Shown piece after piece: positions 46,902 through 56,786 of a stretch of DNA of 64,000 nucleotides; position 1 is the stretch's first letter; every line of letters starts with the position of its first letter. The notes under the pieces are model-generated. The model was not told the DNA's origin and did not search any database. It was given only the letters and a program-made list of their open reading frames with translations. This DNA is from Candidatus Yanofskybacteria bacterium RIFCSPHIGHO2_02_FULL_43_17 (GTDB lineage: Bacteria > Patescibacteriota > Minisyncoccia > 2-02-FULL-40-12 > GWA2-44-9). Where the stretch lies: contig MGJU01000013.1 of NCBI GenBank assembly GCA_001794435.1, positions 90,256-154,255 on the forward strand, in the 5' to 3' direction. The position numbers were made by a program, and so were the translations under genes.

Positions 46902-47339
46902 ATGTCAACAAGAAAATGCATTCTGATTAAATCCGAAGAGGTTTTCAAAACCCTAAAGACTAAACCCGTTAAGGGAGGGCGAATATTGGACCCCATAGGA
47001 AAATTATTTGTCTCTGGAGTTCTGCCCGGAACCATAATAGAAGATGTCCGAATATGGCGCAACGAAGCCGAACTTCACATCAATGAGGCCGATTTTTGGA
47101 TTTGTCTCCAAGGAAAAGCTAAATTTTTATATGGGGGCAAAATGGTAAAGCCCTATAGAAAAAAGATGAGTGACGGTTCTATTAACAAAGACCATCTCTT
47201 TTCCAAAAAAATTACCGGGGGAACCAAGATCATATTAAAGCCCTATGACATCTTTTTAATACCAGCCGGCCAGCCTCATCAGCACGGCTCAGACAGTATC
47301 GCCAGACTCGCAGTCATAAAAATACCTGATAAAAAATAG
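46902..47339 (+). CDS. cupin-domain protein
   Basis: IPAGQPHQHGSD cupin-like motif. 145 aa. Confidence 0.4.
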   Translation: MSTRKCILIKSEEVFKTLKTKPVKGGRILDPIGKLFVSGVLPGTIIEDVRIWRNEAELHINEADFWICLQGKAKFLYGGKMVKPYRKKMSDGSINKDHLFSKKITGGTKIILKPYDIFLIPAGQPHQHGSDSIARLAVIKIPDKK

Positions 47340-47382
47340 GGACAAAACAAAAAACCAGCTATGGGCTGGTCTCCTCAATTGT

Positions 47383-48165
47383 TCAGACAACGAAGTCAAA
47401 TATCTCAACCAATCTTTTGCGATCCGCTTCGGGAGATTCGTCTGAAGTGTCAACTCTAAGGTACGGATAATATTCCCCGTCCGGAGGCTCAAACCTCTTT
47501 CTGCCGTGCTCGAATACCTTGATATCCAAAACATCGCTTGCCACAACAGAATGGCTACTCTGGCGCGCTTGGAGCCTTCTTCTGGTTGCTTCCAAATCGC
47601 AGTCCATCCATAATGCCCTAACATTAATCGGAGTTACGACGGCCGGGACAATTCGTAGATTCTTCAATGCCGACTCGACCTCTATTCTAATCAGGATTTC
47701 TTCTGTTTCCTGTATCATCTGCATAAAGGGTTTTTGATGGCCTTCTTTGGTTAGCATAGTCATATTTACGATGACGACATTCGCCCGGTCGACAATAAAT
47801 GCTCTCTGAACCTCCTGCCTGGTCAGCTTATTTTTGTAAATATGCTCCTCGTCTGATAATGTCAGCGCTCGATCGCCCCAATATCTGTTTCTGACTTCAT
47901 CCAGATCTATCAATACCGGATTACTGGGAGCCAATAACGCCATGATAATATTCGACCAATAACTCTTCCCAGTCGTTCCAAGGCCGCATACTAATATCAG
48001 TTTCTTCCCCATACCATCTCTCTTTTTTAAAAGAATTATTTTAGTCCATAAGATACCACGGATATAGCAAGTTGACAATATGTCAATTTTTTCATATATT
48101 TTCTGCTCTTGATCTTTAAAAAGAGTCTGAGATGAACGAACACGGTCTGCTGGATCTATTCTCAA
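47383..48165 (-). CDS. P-loop NTPase/kinase-like protein. The true start is probably the internal MGKK, near 48012.
   Basis: Walker A motif VCGLGTTGKS right after the internal Met. The upstream 50 codons overlap the next gene. Confidence 0.4.
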   Translation of the reverse strand: MRIDPADRVRSSQTLFKDQEQKIYEKIDILSTCYIRGILWTKIILLKKRDGMGKKLILVCGLGTTGKSYWSNIIMALLAPSNPVLIDLDEVRNRYWGDRALTLSDEEHIYKNKLTRQEVQRAFIVDRANVVIVNMTMLTKEGHQKPFMQMIQETEEILIRIEVESALKNLRIVPAVVTPINVRALWMDCDLEATRRRLQARQSSHSVVASDVLDIKVFEHGRKRFEPPDGEYYPYLRVDTSDESPEADRKRLVEIFDFVV

Positions 48166-49310
48166 GAGTTAAGCTTTTAGCCCTTGATTGTGATGGCGTG
48201 CTTACGGATGCCAGCGTACTCGCCGGGACAGGAACCCGCGGCAGCAATCTTTATGCAACAGCCGGCTTAACCGGGATTGAATTGGCTAGATTCAACCATA
48301 AAGACGGCCAGGGTATCGATACTCTGACTAAAATACTGGGCATACCGGTGATAATTATTTCGAATCAAACAAGCCAATACGTGGAAATGCGTGGCAATAA
48401 AATCAAGGCAGGTCGAAGTGACAAGATTTTTGCTTATTTCCTGAATGTAAAGGATAAGGTTAAATGCCTGATAGATTACCTAAATGCAAACCATCCCGAG
48501 ATTGGCCTTGATGAGGTCTGTTTTGTCGGCGATGATCTTGGAGATCTGAACATCATGAAAGTCGTAGGCATACCGGTTACTGTCCAGGACGGCAGTGATG
48601 AGAACAAGAAACTAGCTCTTTATACCACAGAGAAATCGGGCGGCAATGGCGCCGTACGTGAAGTTTGTAATCTGATAAGAAAAGCTAGAGATAGGGGCAT
48701 ACCAGCCAAAAGAATATTGAGAATCTTTATAACCGGTACCGGCAAAAAGGCCAGTGAAGAAACTCTGGCCACCGTCAGACAGATATCAAACCAACTGGCA
48801 TTGGAGGGTTTTACTATCCTGACTAACGGCGGTTCGGTAGGTATTCCAAAAACAGCCGGGAAAGCCGTCCACGAAGCCATTGCTCAAGGTGCTGTCAGCA
48901 ATTCAGTCGCCTATACTTTCATGCCGAACCTAAGCCTCGAGGCAGCCGGCACAGAGAGTATAAGATATTTTGGCAGCTATGAAGAGCGCAATGGCGCAGT
49001 ATGCGACGATGCTGATGTTGCACTATTTTTTGAGGGCGGTCTTGGCACTCAAGCCAAATTGTTTCAATTGCTTCACAGGCAAGTCCACATCAATCCCAAT
49101 CTCAGAAGAGCAGATCTCTATCCGCTAGCAAAAGAGAAATTGATATTGATCCATGCCAGTTTTGCGCCCAATGATTTCGCTGAATGCCAAAGAAGGTTAG
49201 GATCCGGATTCACTAGAGAACATTTTGATGCTGTTTGCTTTGTAAATGACGGCCAAGAAGTGATGAAAAAAATCACAGACTGGAAACAGAGAGTTTTAGT
49301 CAGTCCATAA
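48132..49310 (+). CDS. fusion of a KdsC-like HAD-IIIA sugar-acid phosphate phosphatase (N-terminal) with a LOG/SLOG-like Rossmann domain (C-terminal)
   Basis: N-terminus LALDCDGVLTD (HAD motif I, KdsC style). C-terminus TNGGSVGIP…FFEGGLGTQAKLFQL, a LOG-like GGxGT motif. Confidence 0.5.
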   Translation: MNEHGLLDLFSRVKLLALDCDGVLTDASVLAGTGTRGSNLYATAGLTGIELARFNHKDGQGIDTLTKILGIPVIIISNQTSQYVEMRGNKIKAGRSDKIFAYFLNVKDKVKCLIDYLNANHPEIGLDEVCFVGDDLGDLNIMKVVGIPVTVQDGSDENKKLALYTTEKSGGNGAVREVCNLIRKARDRGIPAKRILRIFITGTGKKASEETLATVRQISNQLALEGFTILTNGGSVGIPKTAGKAVHEAIAQGAVSNSVAYTFMPNLSLEAAGTESIRYFGSYEERNGAVCDDADVALFFEGGLGTQAKLFQLLHRQVHINPNLRRADLYPLAKEKLILIHASFAPNDFAECQRRLGSGFTREHFDAVCFVNDGQEVMKKITDWKQRVLVSP

Positions 49311-49316
49311 ACGCCC

Positions 49317-49342
49317 ACTCTCCCATCGGGAGAGTTTTAATT
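49317..49342. terminator. bidirectional terminator hairpin CTCTCCC-ATC-GGGAGAG followed by TTTTA
   Basis: 7-bp stem between convergent genes. Confidence 0.55.
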
Positions 49343-50281
49343 TTATACCAACGGAGGCCACTTTGAGGGATCCACTTGCATCGGATCATCGATGGCTAAT
49401 TTACGAAGTTTTTTTATAACATCTTCCGGAAGAGGGCCGGCTTCGATCGCTCGACAAGATTTTTCCAAGTTTTCAATTTTATTAGTACCTATCAAAGATG
49501 TCGAAATGCTTGGTTCAGAAAGAGTAAATCTTATTGCTAATTCCGGCAGATCACAGCCTAATTCTTCGGCTATTTTTTTTGCCTTTCCTGAATTTCTTTG
49601 CAACATCTCAAGTCCTTTGGGTAATTTGGAAACAAGTCCAGTCAAAGAACCCTTTAGTAGAACTGAGCGATTAACTATGCCAATGTTTTTTTTCAAAGCC
49701 AAAAACAGAACTCTTTTTGCCATTCTCTGGTCAAGGATACTGTAAGCTGTCTGAACAACATCAAAAACACCGCTCTCAATAGCTGCCAGAGGCGCCTCCT
49801 CTCCTCGAGTTGATATGCCCAAAAATCCAGCCTTACCTTCTGTTTGAAACTTTTTCAATATATGAACCAGCTCTCCTCTTTTTATCTGTTCTTCCGAACC
49901 GCCATGAAGCATAAGAACAGAAACTGAATCAACTTTTAAATTTTTTAGGCTTGCCTCAATCTGTTCTCTTAATCTTTTTTCAAGTTCTTTTCCTCTCGGA
50001 TCTTCTCCCTTCTCGAGAAATTGGCCGCACTTGGTAGCAATAACAATACCGTCTTTTTTGGCTATTCCTGATTTTCCTATTCTTTCTTCAGCTAAACCGT
50101 AAAAGTAGGCCGTATCAAAATAGTTGATGCCTAAATTTACGGCCTTTTTGAGTAACTTTACGGCTTCATCTTCCGATGGCAAAGTTCTTAGACCTATCCC
50201 ATAGGCAAAACCGATTTCTGCCGTGCCTAAACCCAAACGTGAAACCTTCAGGTTGGTCCTTCCGAGCAATTTTGTTTCCAT
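49343..50281 (-). CDS. aldo/keto reductase
   Basis: LLGRTNLKVSRLGLGTAEIG… AKR N-terminal signature. 312 aa. Confidence 0.8.
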   Translation of the reverse strand: METKLLGRTNLKVSRLGLGTAEIGFAYGIGLRTLPSEDEAVKLLKKAVNLGINYFDTAYFYGLAEERIGKSGIAKKDGIVIATKCGQFLEKGEDPRGKELEKRLREQIEASLKNLKVDSVSVLMLHGGSEEQIKRGELVHILKKFQTEGKAGFLGISTRGEEAPLAAIESGVFDVVQTAYSILDQRMAKRVLFLALKKNIGIVNRSVLLKGSLTGLVSKLPKGLEMLQRNSGKAKKIAEELGCDLPELAIRFTLSEPSISTSLIGTNKIENLEKSCRAIEAGPLPEDVIKKLRKLAIDDPMQVDPSKWPPLV

Positions 50282-51661
50282 TTAAAATTTGTGAGATTTG
50301 CCGACTTCGTCTATAGATTCTTCAAAAACCGCCAGTCCTTCCCTTAGAGCCGCGTCGGAGATCGTAAGAGGCGGAGCTATTTTAATTGACTCGCGGCTGG
50401 TATGAACCAGGAGCAATCCTTTTTCCATTGCTAACTCACAAACGCGGGATGTAAATTTACTTTCAGGTCCGCCTGTTTTGGGATTTTTGAATAAAACCGC
50501 CGCAAGCAAACCTTTGCCATTTATGTGAGCAATAAGCTGAAGATATTTATTTTTAATTTTATTAAGGCCATCAAATAAAATTTTACCCTTTCGAGCTGTT
50601 TCTGTTATCAGATTTCTCGACTCTATTTCCTCCAAGTTGGCCAAACCGGCGGCGCATGATAACGGATTTCCGGAGTGTGTGCTGTGAGCAACATCAAACT
50701 CCTCGGCTAAGGCCAGAAGTTCTTTGGAACCGATTACGGCCGATAAGGGCAGGCTTGAACTCAACCCCTTGCCCAAAGCTATTAGATCAGGTTTCAATCC
50801 GTAGTGCTCGAAAACAAACATTTTGCCGGTACGGCCACACCCACCCTGAATCTCGTCAACAGCAAGAAGAAGTTTATTTTTCTTGGCAAACTTAATCAGT
50901 TCTTTTATATAAGGCATCGGATAAAATAAAGCGCCCCAGCCTTGATATGCTTCAAGCATAATGCCAGAAATATTTTTTATTTTCATTCCGCCTTTAACCA
51001 GCTCGGAAATATCGTCATTGAATTTCTTGGCCCAATTCACTTTCTCGTCCCAGTTGAAAGGAAAAGGAAGATGAAAAATATTCGGATCTTTAAAACCATA
51101 GACGGCTAAGACTTTCTTGTTGTTCTTGAGCATTTGGGCAGCCATTGTCACTCCGTGCATGGCATTTTGGAAAGAGATGATGCCCGATTTGTCTTTATTT
51201 TTTTTCTGACCATAAGCCTTCATTATTGCAAAGACAGCCTCACAAGCTTCTGATCCCCCAGAAAATAACAAAGCTCTGTCTCCATAGGGTTTGGACATTT
51301 TTACAAGCTTGGCTAAAAACTTATTTCTGATTTCAGTCGGATAATTATATGAGTGGACTAAATCTTTATCTAATTGATCTTTTATAGCCTTCTTGATTCT
51401 AGGATTCGCATGACCGGCATTGGCTACGAATATCGTTGAAGTCCAATCAATCCATTTATTTCCCGCTTTATCGTAAACGCTGAAATCAATGGCCTTATCC
51501 CATGCTATAGGAAGCTGAACACCGCCGGAACCGGTATTATATTTGTCCATCTCTCTAAAGATTTCGACTGTTTCAGGACTAGGTATCTTCGTCTTTATGG
51601 TCCGGAATTTAGTCTGAACAAACGGAACTTTTTTAGGTTTAAAATCAAAATTGAATGGCAT
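50282..51661 (-). CDS. class III PLP-dependent aminotransferase
   Basis: LAVDEIQGGCGRTGKMF (class III PLP-Lys motif). 459 aa. Confidence 0.8.
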   Translation of the reverse strand: MPFNFDFKPKKVPFVQTKFRTIKTKIPSPETVEIFREMDKYNTGSGGVQLPIAWDKAIDFSVYDKAGNKWIDWTSTIFVANAGHANPRIKKAIKDQLDKDLVHSYNYPTEIRNKFLAKLVKMSKPYGDRALLFSGGSEACEAVFAIMKAYGQKKNKDKSGIISFQNAMHGVTMAAQMLKNNKKVLAVYGFKDPNIFHLPFPFNWDEKVNWAKKFNDDISELVKGGMKIKNISGIMLEAYQGWGALFYPMPYIKELIKFAKKNKLLLAVDEIQGGCGRTGKMFVFEHYGLKPDLIALGKGLSSSLPLSAVIGSKELLALAEEFDVAHSTHSGNPLSCAAGLANLEEIESRNLITETARKGKILFDGLNKIKNKYLQLIAHINGKGLLAAVLFKNPKTGGPESKFTSRVCELAMEKGLLLVHTSRESIKIAPPLTISDAALREGLAVFEESIDEVGKSHKF

Positions 51662-51665
51662 AAAT

Positions 51666-52406
51666 TTATTTTTTAATTTTTTTTAAATAATTGTAAAGCT
51701 TGCTTCCATTCTTTTTAAACTGATACTCGAGATATTCAAAATCTTCAGGCTTGTCGATTTCTGTCACAAACGGGGTTTCAAATCCGATAACTTTCGGGCC
51801 ATAAAAAACTCCCGGATTATTTTTCACAAAAGCCGGCCTGATTATATCCACATAACCATTGGGGTGATATGCCTGGGTAAAGGTCTGCCTGGGAAGATTA
51901 TAATATTCTACTCGAGGATCATTCGGGAAAAAACCGGTCAACAAACCTTTTTTATCAAATTGGATCATTTTCTGTGGCGGTTCGGCTAATTTATGAGCTG
52001 ACCTCAAAGCTGTGGCTTTATTGTTGCCCATAAGAAGATTGACGGCTGAGTCCATAATATCCGAATCGCGCAGAGGAGTCGTAGTCCTTAATTGAACCAT
52101 TAAATCCGGCAAAACTCCCTCTTTTTTTTCAAGCCAACTGATAGCGTGGGCAAAAACATCTAAATCGGTCGATTTGTCTTGGGCATATTTTGAAGGACGA
52201 AGAAATGGGACTTCTGCGCCATACTTTCTGGAAACTTCGGCTATCTCTTCTGAATCGGTAGAAACTATCGTACGGCTTATGGTCTTAGATAACTTAGAGG
52301 CAGCGATAGAATAAGCAATTAAAGGAAACCCGCCCAACGGTCTGATATTTTTGCTGGGAACCCCCTTTGATCCGCCTCGAGCTTGAATTATAGAATAAAC
52401 ACTCAT
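51666..52406 (-). CDS. acylneuraminate/Kdo-type cytidylyltransferase (second copy in the window)
   Basis: IIQARGGSKGVPSKNIRPLGGFPLIAYSIAAS…. Confidence 0.75.
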   Translation of the reverse strand: MSVYSIIQARGGSKGVPSKNIRPLGGFPLIAYSIAASKLSKTISRTIVSTDSEEIAEVSRKYGAEVPFLRPSKYAQDKSTDLDVFAHAISWLEKKEGVLPDLMVQLRTTTPLRDSDIMDSAVNLLMGNNKATALRSAHKLAEPPQKMIQFDKKGLLTGFFPNDPRVEYYNLPRQTFTQAYHPNGYVDIIRPAFVKNNPGVFYGPKVIGFETPFVTEIDKPEDFEYLEYQFKKNGSKLYNYLKKIKK

Positions 52407-52492
52407 GTTTAGTTACCGATAAAGTATTCTAAAATAATCATAAAGTGTCAAGACGGACAGACAAAAACCCTTTAGTAGGGTTTTTATAACTT

Positions 52493-53506
52493 TTATACGC
52501 CACCTTCTACGTTGCCAAAAAGAATAATGATTACCATCCCAACTACTGCCAAAAGTGTGCCGGATAGTTTCCATTTCAGATTGTTGCCTTCTGTACCAAA
52601 CCTTCTCTGGCTTGGATTAACTTCTTTAAATATTTCTAAACGCCACATTATTAGTCCAAAAAGAACGGCAAAAATTATCGCGCCGGACCTTTTTCCCGCC
52701 ATAAAATAAGGAACATGAGGCAGAGCGTTTAATCCAACACTATGAAATATGCCGGTAAGCATGTTAAATGCGCCATACCCCAAAAAGATTTTAAGTGAAG
52801 AAAGTGAGAATATTTGATTTTTGAAATCATTGGCCCCGATATTAACAATCCTATTTTGAGAATTCCTATAAGTCATCCGGCCACTTGGTGATAAAAACAA
52901 GCTAATCGGTATTAGAGCTAATAAGGTCAAGGCTACTGCTCCATGATCAATCATCAGATAAAAAACCGGGCTTGAGTTTACTATGGCAATTTTGTCTAAA
53001 TTTGAGCTTAATGCGGCAATGAAAGTTACTCCAAACATAAACAAAGAAGCTCTTTCTGTGACTATCAATTTAAAGGGAGTTAGCCACCCTTTTTGTTCTT
53101 TCTCAATATTTAAAACATATAACCCGCATACAACAACAAGAATGCCAATCGCACCTAAAAAGGTAGGATTGCCTCCGCCCATTAAAGGACCGGTGACAAT
53201 TAAAAAAGCCGGGGTCAAACTGGCAAGCGGCATTGTTTTTAGCATACTGCCGGCTCTGTGAGATTCAACCAGAAGAATTAAAATTAAGACAAACATTGGC
53301 ACATGCCAGAAAACCGCACTCCAAAACTGAGGCCCTATTTCGGGAAAACCAACAAAATATAGCCAAACAAAGTAAACAGGAAAACTTAAAAGCAAACTCA
53401 TCCCATTAAGAACAAACCCGTGAATATCTGTCTTCTTTATAACTATTCTGCTTGCTGCGTCCGTAGCGCCTGACGATAATGGCCATAACCAAAGAAGTGG
53501 TGACAT
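52493..53506 (-). CDS. polytopic membrane protein (unknown transporter-like)
   Basis: About 10 predicted TM helices. No diagnostic motif. Confidence 0.35.
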   Translation of the reverse strand: MSPLLWLWPLSSGATDAASRIVIKKTDIHGFVLNGMSLLLSFPVYFVWLYFVGFPEIGPQFWSAVFWHVPMFVLILILLVESHRAGSMLKTMPLASLTPAFLIVTGPLMGGGNPTFLGAIGILVVVCGLYVLNIEKEQKGWLTPFKLIVTERASLFMFGVTFIAALSSNLDKIAIVNSSPVFYLMIDHGAVALTLLALIPISLFLSPSGRMTYRNSQNRIVNIGANDFKNQIFSLSSLKIFLGYGAFNMLTGIFHSVGLNALPHVPYFMAGKRSGAIIFAVLFGLIMWRLEIFKEVNPSQRRFGTEGNNLKWKLSGTLLAVVGMVIIILFGNVEGGV

Positions 53507-53605
53507 GTTTCTTTCCTTGTGATTTTAATTAACTTCAATATTATTACCACCCTCTTTAAAAAATGTCAATTAAAAAAAATAAAAAGCCCGCGATAATCAC
53601 GGGTC

Positions 53606-54529
53606 TTAACCAGAAACAATAAGAACTAGCCCGGCAACCATTATACACGCTCCGACAAATCTGCTTTTGAAATTCTTTTTCTCGCCCATTATCCAATAAG
53701 CCAAAATGATAGTCAGAAGAATTTGGAACCTTTTCAAGGCGCCGACATAAGGCACAATTTCGTAGCGAAAAGCAAGGTTAGGCAGCCAAACACTAAAGAA
53801 AAGACAAATGGCTACAACCAGGGTATACCTATTCATTAGACTACCGATCGATTTCCTCGTGATACCACCCCTATAAGCAATGGCCAAATTGATGATTGTT
53901 CCAATGCCGAAAATGCAAGCCGTAGCAAAAGCCACATTTGCCCTTCTCACCGCCATAGCTTCATAGTTTATGGCGATAGTCGCTATTATAACGCACAAAT
54001 AAGCATATCTGATAGCAACACTTTTCTTCAACATAAGCAGTGGGACTAGCCAATCTCTCCATCTTCGAACATAACCCTCACTATTTCTCTGTTCAAAATA
54101 CCCCTGAATATTGACGATATATGTTCCCGTGACTACAAAGCAGATCCCCAACCAACCCATTCGAGACGGCATTTCTCCAAGAATAATCATGCTAGCCAGA
54201 ATAATACTGGCAGGCGTTGTAGAAGCAATGGGAGCGACCAGAGATACATCCCCGATTGAAAATGCCTTTACTTCGGCATAAAGATAGCCGCCAATCAATC
54301 CACCAGTAATAAGAACAGGAACCCACCAATCGGAAGTTAATTCCATTCCACCACTAAAGTAGCTTGCTACAAATAACATGGAAACCGCTAGACAGCCGAT
54401 CATTCCCGTAAACAAAGCTGTGTGATTTTGAAAGTCAGGATTTTTTTTTGATTGAAGCCCGATGAAGTTGTTATAAAGAGCTTCCGAGATACAAAAACCT
54501 CCGATTAGAGCCACAGCAACCGGATTCAT
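53606..54529 (-). CDS. DMT/EamA-like membrane transporter (putative)
   Basis: About 10 TM helices with two internally similar halves. Confidence 0.35.
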   Translation of the reverse strand: MNPVAVALIGGFCISEALYNNFIGLQSKKNPDFQNHTALFTGMIGCLAVSMLFVASYFSGGMELTSDWWVPVLITGGLIGGYLYAEVKAFSIGDVSLVAPIASTTPASIILASMIILGEMPSRMGWLGICFVVTGTYIVNIQGYFEQRNSEGYVRRWRDWLVPLLMLKKSVAIRYAYLCVIIATIAINYEAMAVRRANVAFATACIFGIGTIINLAIAYRGGITRKSIGSLMNRYTLVVAICLFFSVWLPNLAFRYEIVPYVGALKRFQILLTIILAYWIMGEKKNFKSRFVGACIMVAGLVLIVSG

Positions 54530-54625
54530 CTGTTGTCTCCTATTGTAAACGGGCTAACTGACGATGGCGTAATTATAACTCATCAAATTTGCTTGTCAAG
54601 AGTTTAAATTTGCTGAATTACTAAC

Positions 54626-55621
54626 TTAGAGAAGCTCTGCTTTTATTTTTTTGTTTTTATCGTCAAACAAGGTAGAAATCCGTCTTAGTTTTAATTCTAC
54701 GGGTTTTTCGGATTCAAGGATAACCTTTTTTTCTTCTCCCACATATTCGGTCAAACTTTTTAACTCTTTCATCAACCGATGAAGGCCTCCAATCTCTAAG
54801 CTCGCCGCTTGATCCGATCCCCACATAACTCGATCTAGGGTGATATGGCGTTCGATCATGCAAGCTCCCAACGCGGCCGCGACAAGGGATGAATAAACAC
54901 CGACATCGTGGCCTGAATAACCAATAAATGCCTTAGGGTACTTATTAATCAATCTCGGTATATTAGATAAATGCAGCTCGTGGTCTTTGGCTGGATAAGT
55001 AGCTGTACAGTGAAGCAAAATTAGATCTTTTTCTCCAAGATAGTTAACAATGCGGTCGATCCTGCTATCATCCGTCATTCCTGTGGATACGATAAGCGGC
55101 CGTTTTTTGGATTTGATATATGAGAGCAGTTTTTTATCTCCGTTGCACGCCGAAGCAATTTTATAACAAGGCGGATTGAACTGTTCTAAAAAGTCAACGC
55201 TTTCTTCATCCCACGGAGATGCAAACCACATGATTCCTCTTTCACGACAATGCTTGTCTATTTCTTTATATTCATTTTTTGTAAATTCAAGAGCCCACTT
55301 TAAATCGCCATTGGTGGAATCGTCAAAATTAGAGTTTTTTAATCGCCTTACCGCTTCCTTCGATAAAACTCCTCTGGCAACGGCTTTCTTTAGCAAATCT
55401 TTGTCAACAGGTCTTGGCTTAGCAAGTTCTTCCGGCTTATAAACAACGGGGATGGTTCTTTTCTGAAACTTAACAGCCCCGCAACCGGCAAGAACCGCCG
55501 CATCGACAAGTTTCTTGGCTATATCAATATCACCATTATGGTTTATACCTATCTCAGCCACAACAAAACATGGTTTTCCGTAACCTGTTTTATGATTCCC
55601 TAATTTTATATGTCGATCCAA
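54626..55621 (-). CDS. NeuB-family sugar-acid synthase (PEP-condensing TIM barrel), tandem paralog 1
   Basis: …CFVVAEIGINHNGDIDIAKKLVDAAVLAGCGAVKFQKRT…. Confidence 0.7.
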   Translation of the reverse strand: MDRHIKLGNHKTGYGKPCFVVAEIGINHNGDIDIAKKLVDAAVLAGCGAVKFQKRTIPVVYKPEELAKPRPVDKDLLKKAVARGVLSKEAVRRLKNSNFDDSTNGDLKWALEFTKNEYKEIDKHCRERGIMWFASPWDEESVDFLEQFNPPCYKIASACNGDKKLLSYIKSKKRPLIVSTGMTDDSRIDRIVNYLGEKDLILLHCTATYPAKDHELHLSNIPRLINKYPKAFIGYSGHDVGVYSSLVAAALGACMIERHITLDRVMWGSDQAASLEIGGLHRLMKELKSLTEYVGEEKKVILESEKPVELKLRRISTLFDDKNKKIKAELL

Positions 55622-55728
55622 TTTAATAGTCTACTCCATTTATATTATTCATCTAAACAAAAGTGGCGGTAGTTATCAATATTGACAAAAGGTTTTTATA
55701 TTTTAAAAAAGGGCCTCAGTTTAGGCCT

Positions 55729-56727
55729 TTATTTTCTTCTAAGTTTCTTGATGACTTCTCTCTCTTCCTCATATATAATTTTTCTTCCGTCACCCCTGGC
55801 AATCTGCAGTTCCTTAACCATGCGACACAAGTTTGTTAGTTCATGAGGCTCAATTGAACCAGGCTGATCAGTTCCCCACATAGAGCGTTCGATGGTAATA
55901 TGCTTTTCGATCATGCAAACACCCATCGCAGCCGCCGCATAGGAAGGCATAATTCCACTATCATGGCTAGAAAATCCAACAGGAACACCTGGAAATTCAT
56001 TTCTAAGAGTATTGATGCAATCAAGATTGATCATACTCAACAGCTTCTCTCCCGCATTCAAACTATCAGGATAAACGCTAGTGCAGTGGAGTAAAACTAA
56101 ATCTTCTGTGCCAAGAACCTCAACTGCGTGCCGGATCATTTCCATATCACTCATACCGGTAGAAAGGATGACCGGCTTGCCTTTACCGCAAATATGCTTC
56201 AAAAGACCATCGTCGGTCAAAGAAGCAGAGGCCACTTTATGACACGGCACTTCAAACCGCTCAAGAAAATCAACGCTTCCCTCGTCCCAAGGAGATGCAA
56301 ACCAAAGAATCCCCCTCTCTCGGCAATAACGATCTATGTCTGCATACTCATCTTCACTGAATTCAAGGGCCCACTTTAAATCGCCGTTAGTGGAATCGTC
56401 AAAATCTGAAGACTCCAAACGCTTAACTGCTTCTGGAGATAAGACCCCGCGGCGAACTGCATTACGAAGCACTTCTTTATTTACTTGCCTAGGTTTAGCC
56501 AAATCTTTCTCAGAATAGACAACAGGAACCGTTCTTTTCTGAAATTTTACGGCATCACAACCGGTTCGAATCGCCAGATCAATCATCGATTTGGCAATAT
56601 GAAGAAAACCATTATGGTTTATACCTATCTCTGCGGTAATAAAAACATTGCCATCATTTCTTACAACTTTATCCCCTATTCTAACTTCCGAGCCAGACAT
56701 TGAGTTTATCCTTTTTTGTAAAAGCAA
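55729..56727 (-). CDS. NeuB-family sugar-acid synthase, tandem paralog 2
   Basis: …FITAEIGINHNGFLHIAKSMIDLAIRTGCDAVKFQKRT…; long blocks are identical to paralog 1 at both protein and DNA level. Confidence 0.7.
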   Translation of the reverse strand: MLLQKRINSMSGSEVRIGDKVVRNDGNVFITAEIGINHNGFLHIAKSMIDLAIRTGCDAVKFQKRTVPVVYSEKDLAKPRQVNKEVLRNAVRRGVLSPEAVKRLESSDFDDSTNGDLKWALEFSEDEYADIDRYCRERGILWFASPWDEGSVDFLERFEVPCHKVASASLTDDGLLKHICGKGKPVILSTGMSDMEMIRHAVEVLGTEDLVLLHCTSVYPDSLNAGEKLLSMINLDCINTLRNEFPGVPVGFSSHDSGIMPSYAAAAMGVCMIEKHITIERSMWGTDQPGSIEPHELTNLCRMVKELQIARGDGRKIIYEEEREVIKKLRRK

Positions 56728-56786
56728 CTAATGTATAGCGTAGCCAAATCAAAAATAAGCGCAATATTGACATGGCGTTTTAAAAC

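Noticed and set aside
47383-48165. P-loop protein as a zeta-toxin/antitoxin module
   Set aside because: There is no small adjacent antitoxin-like ORF, the Walker A context (GLGTTGKS) is generic, and the gene is embedded between sugar-pathway genes. I keep it as a generic kinase-like protein.
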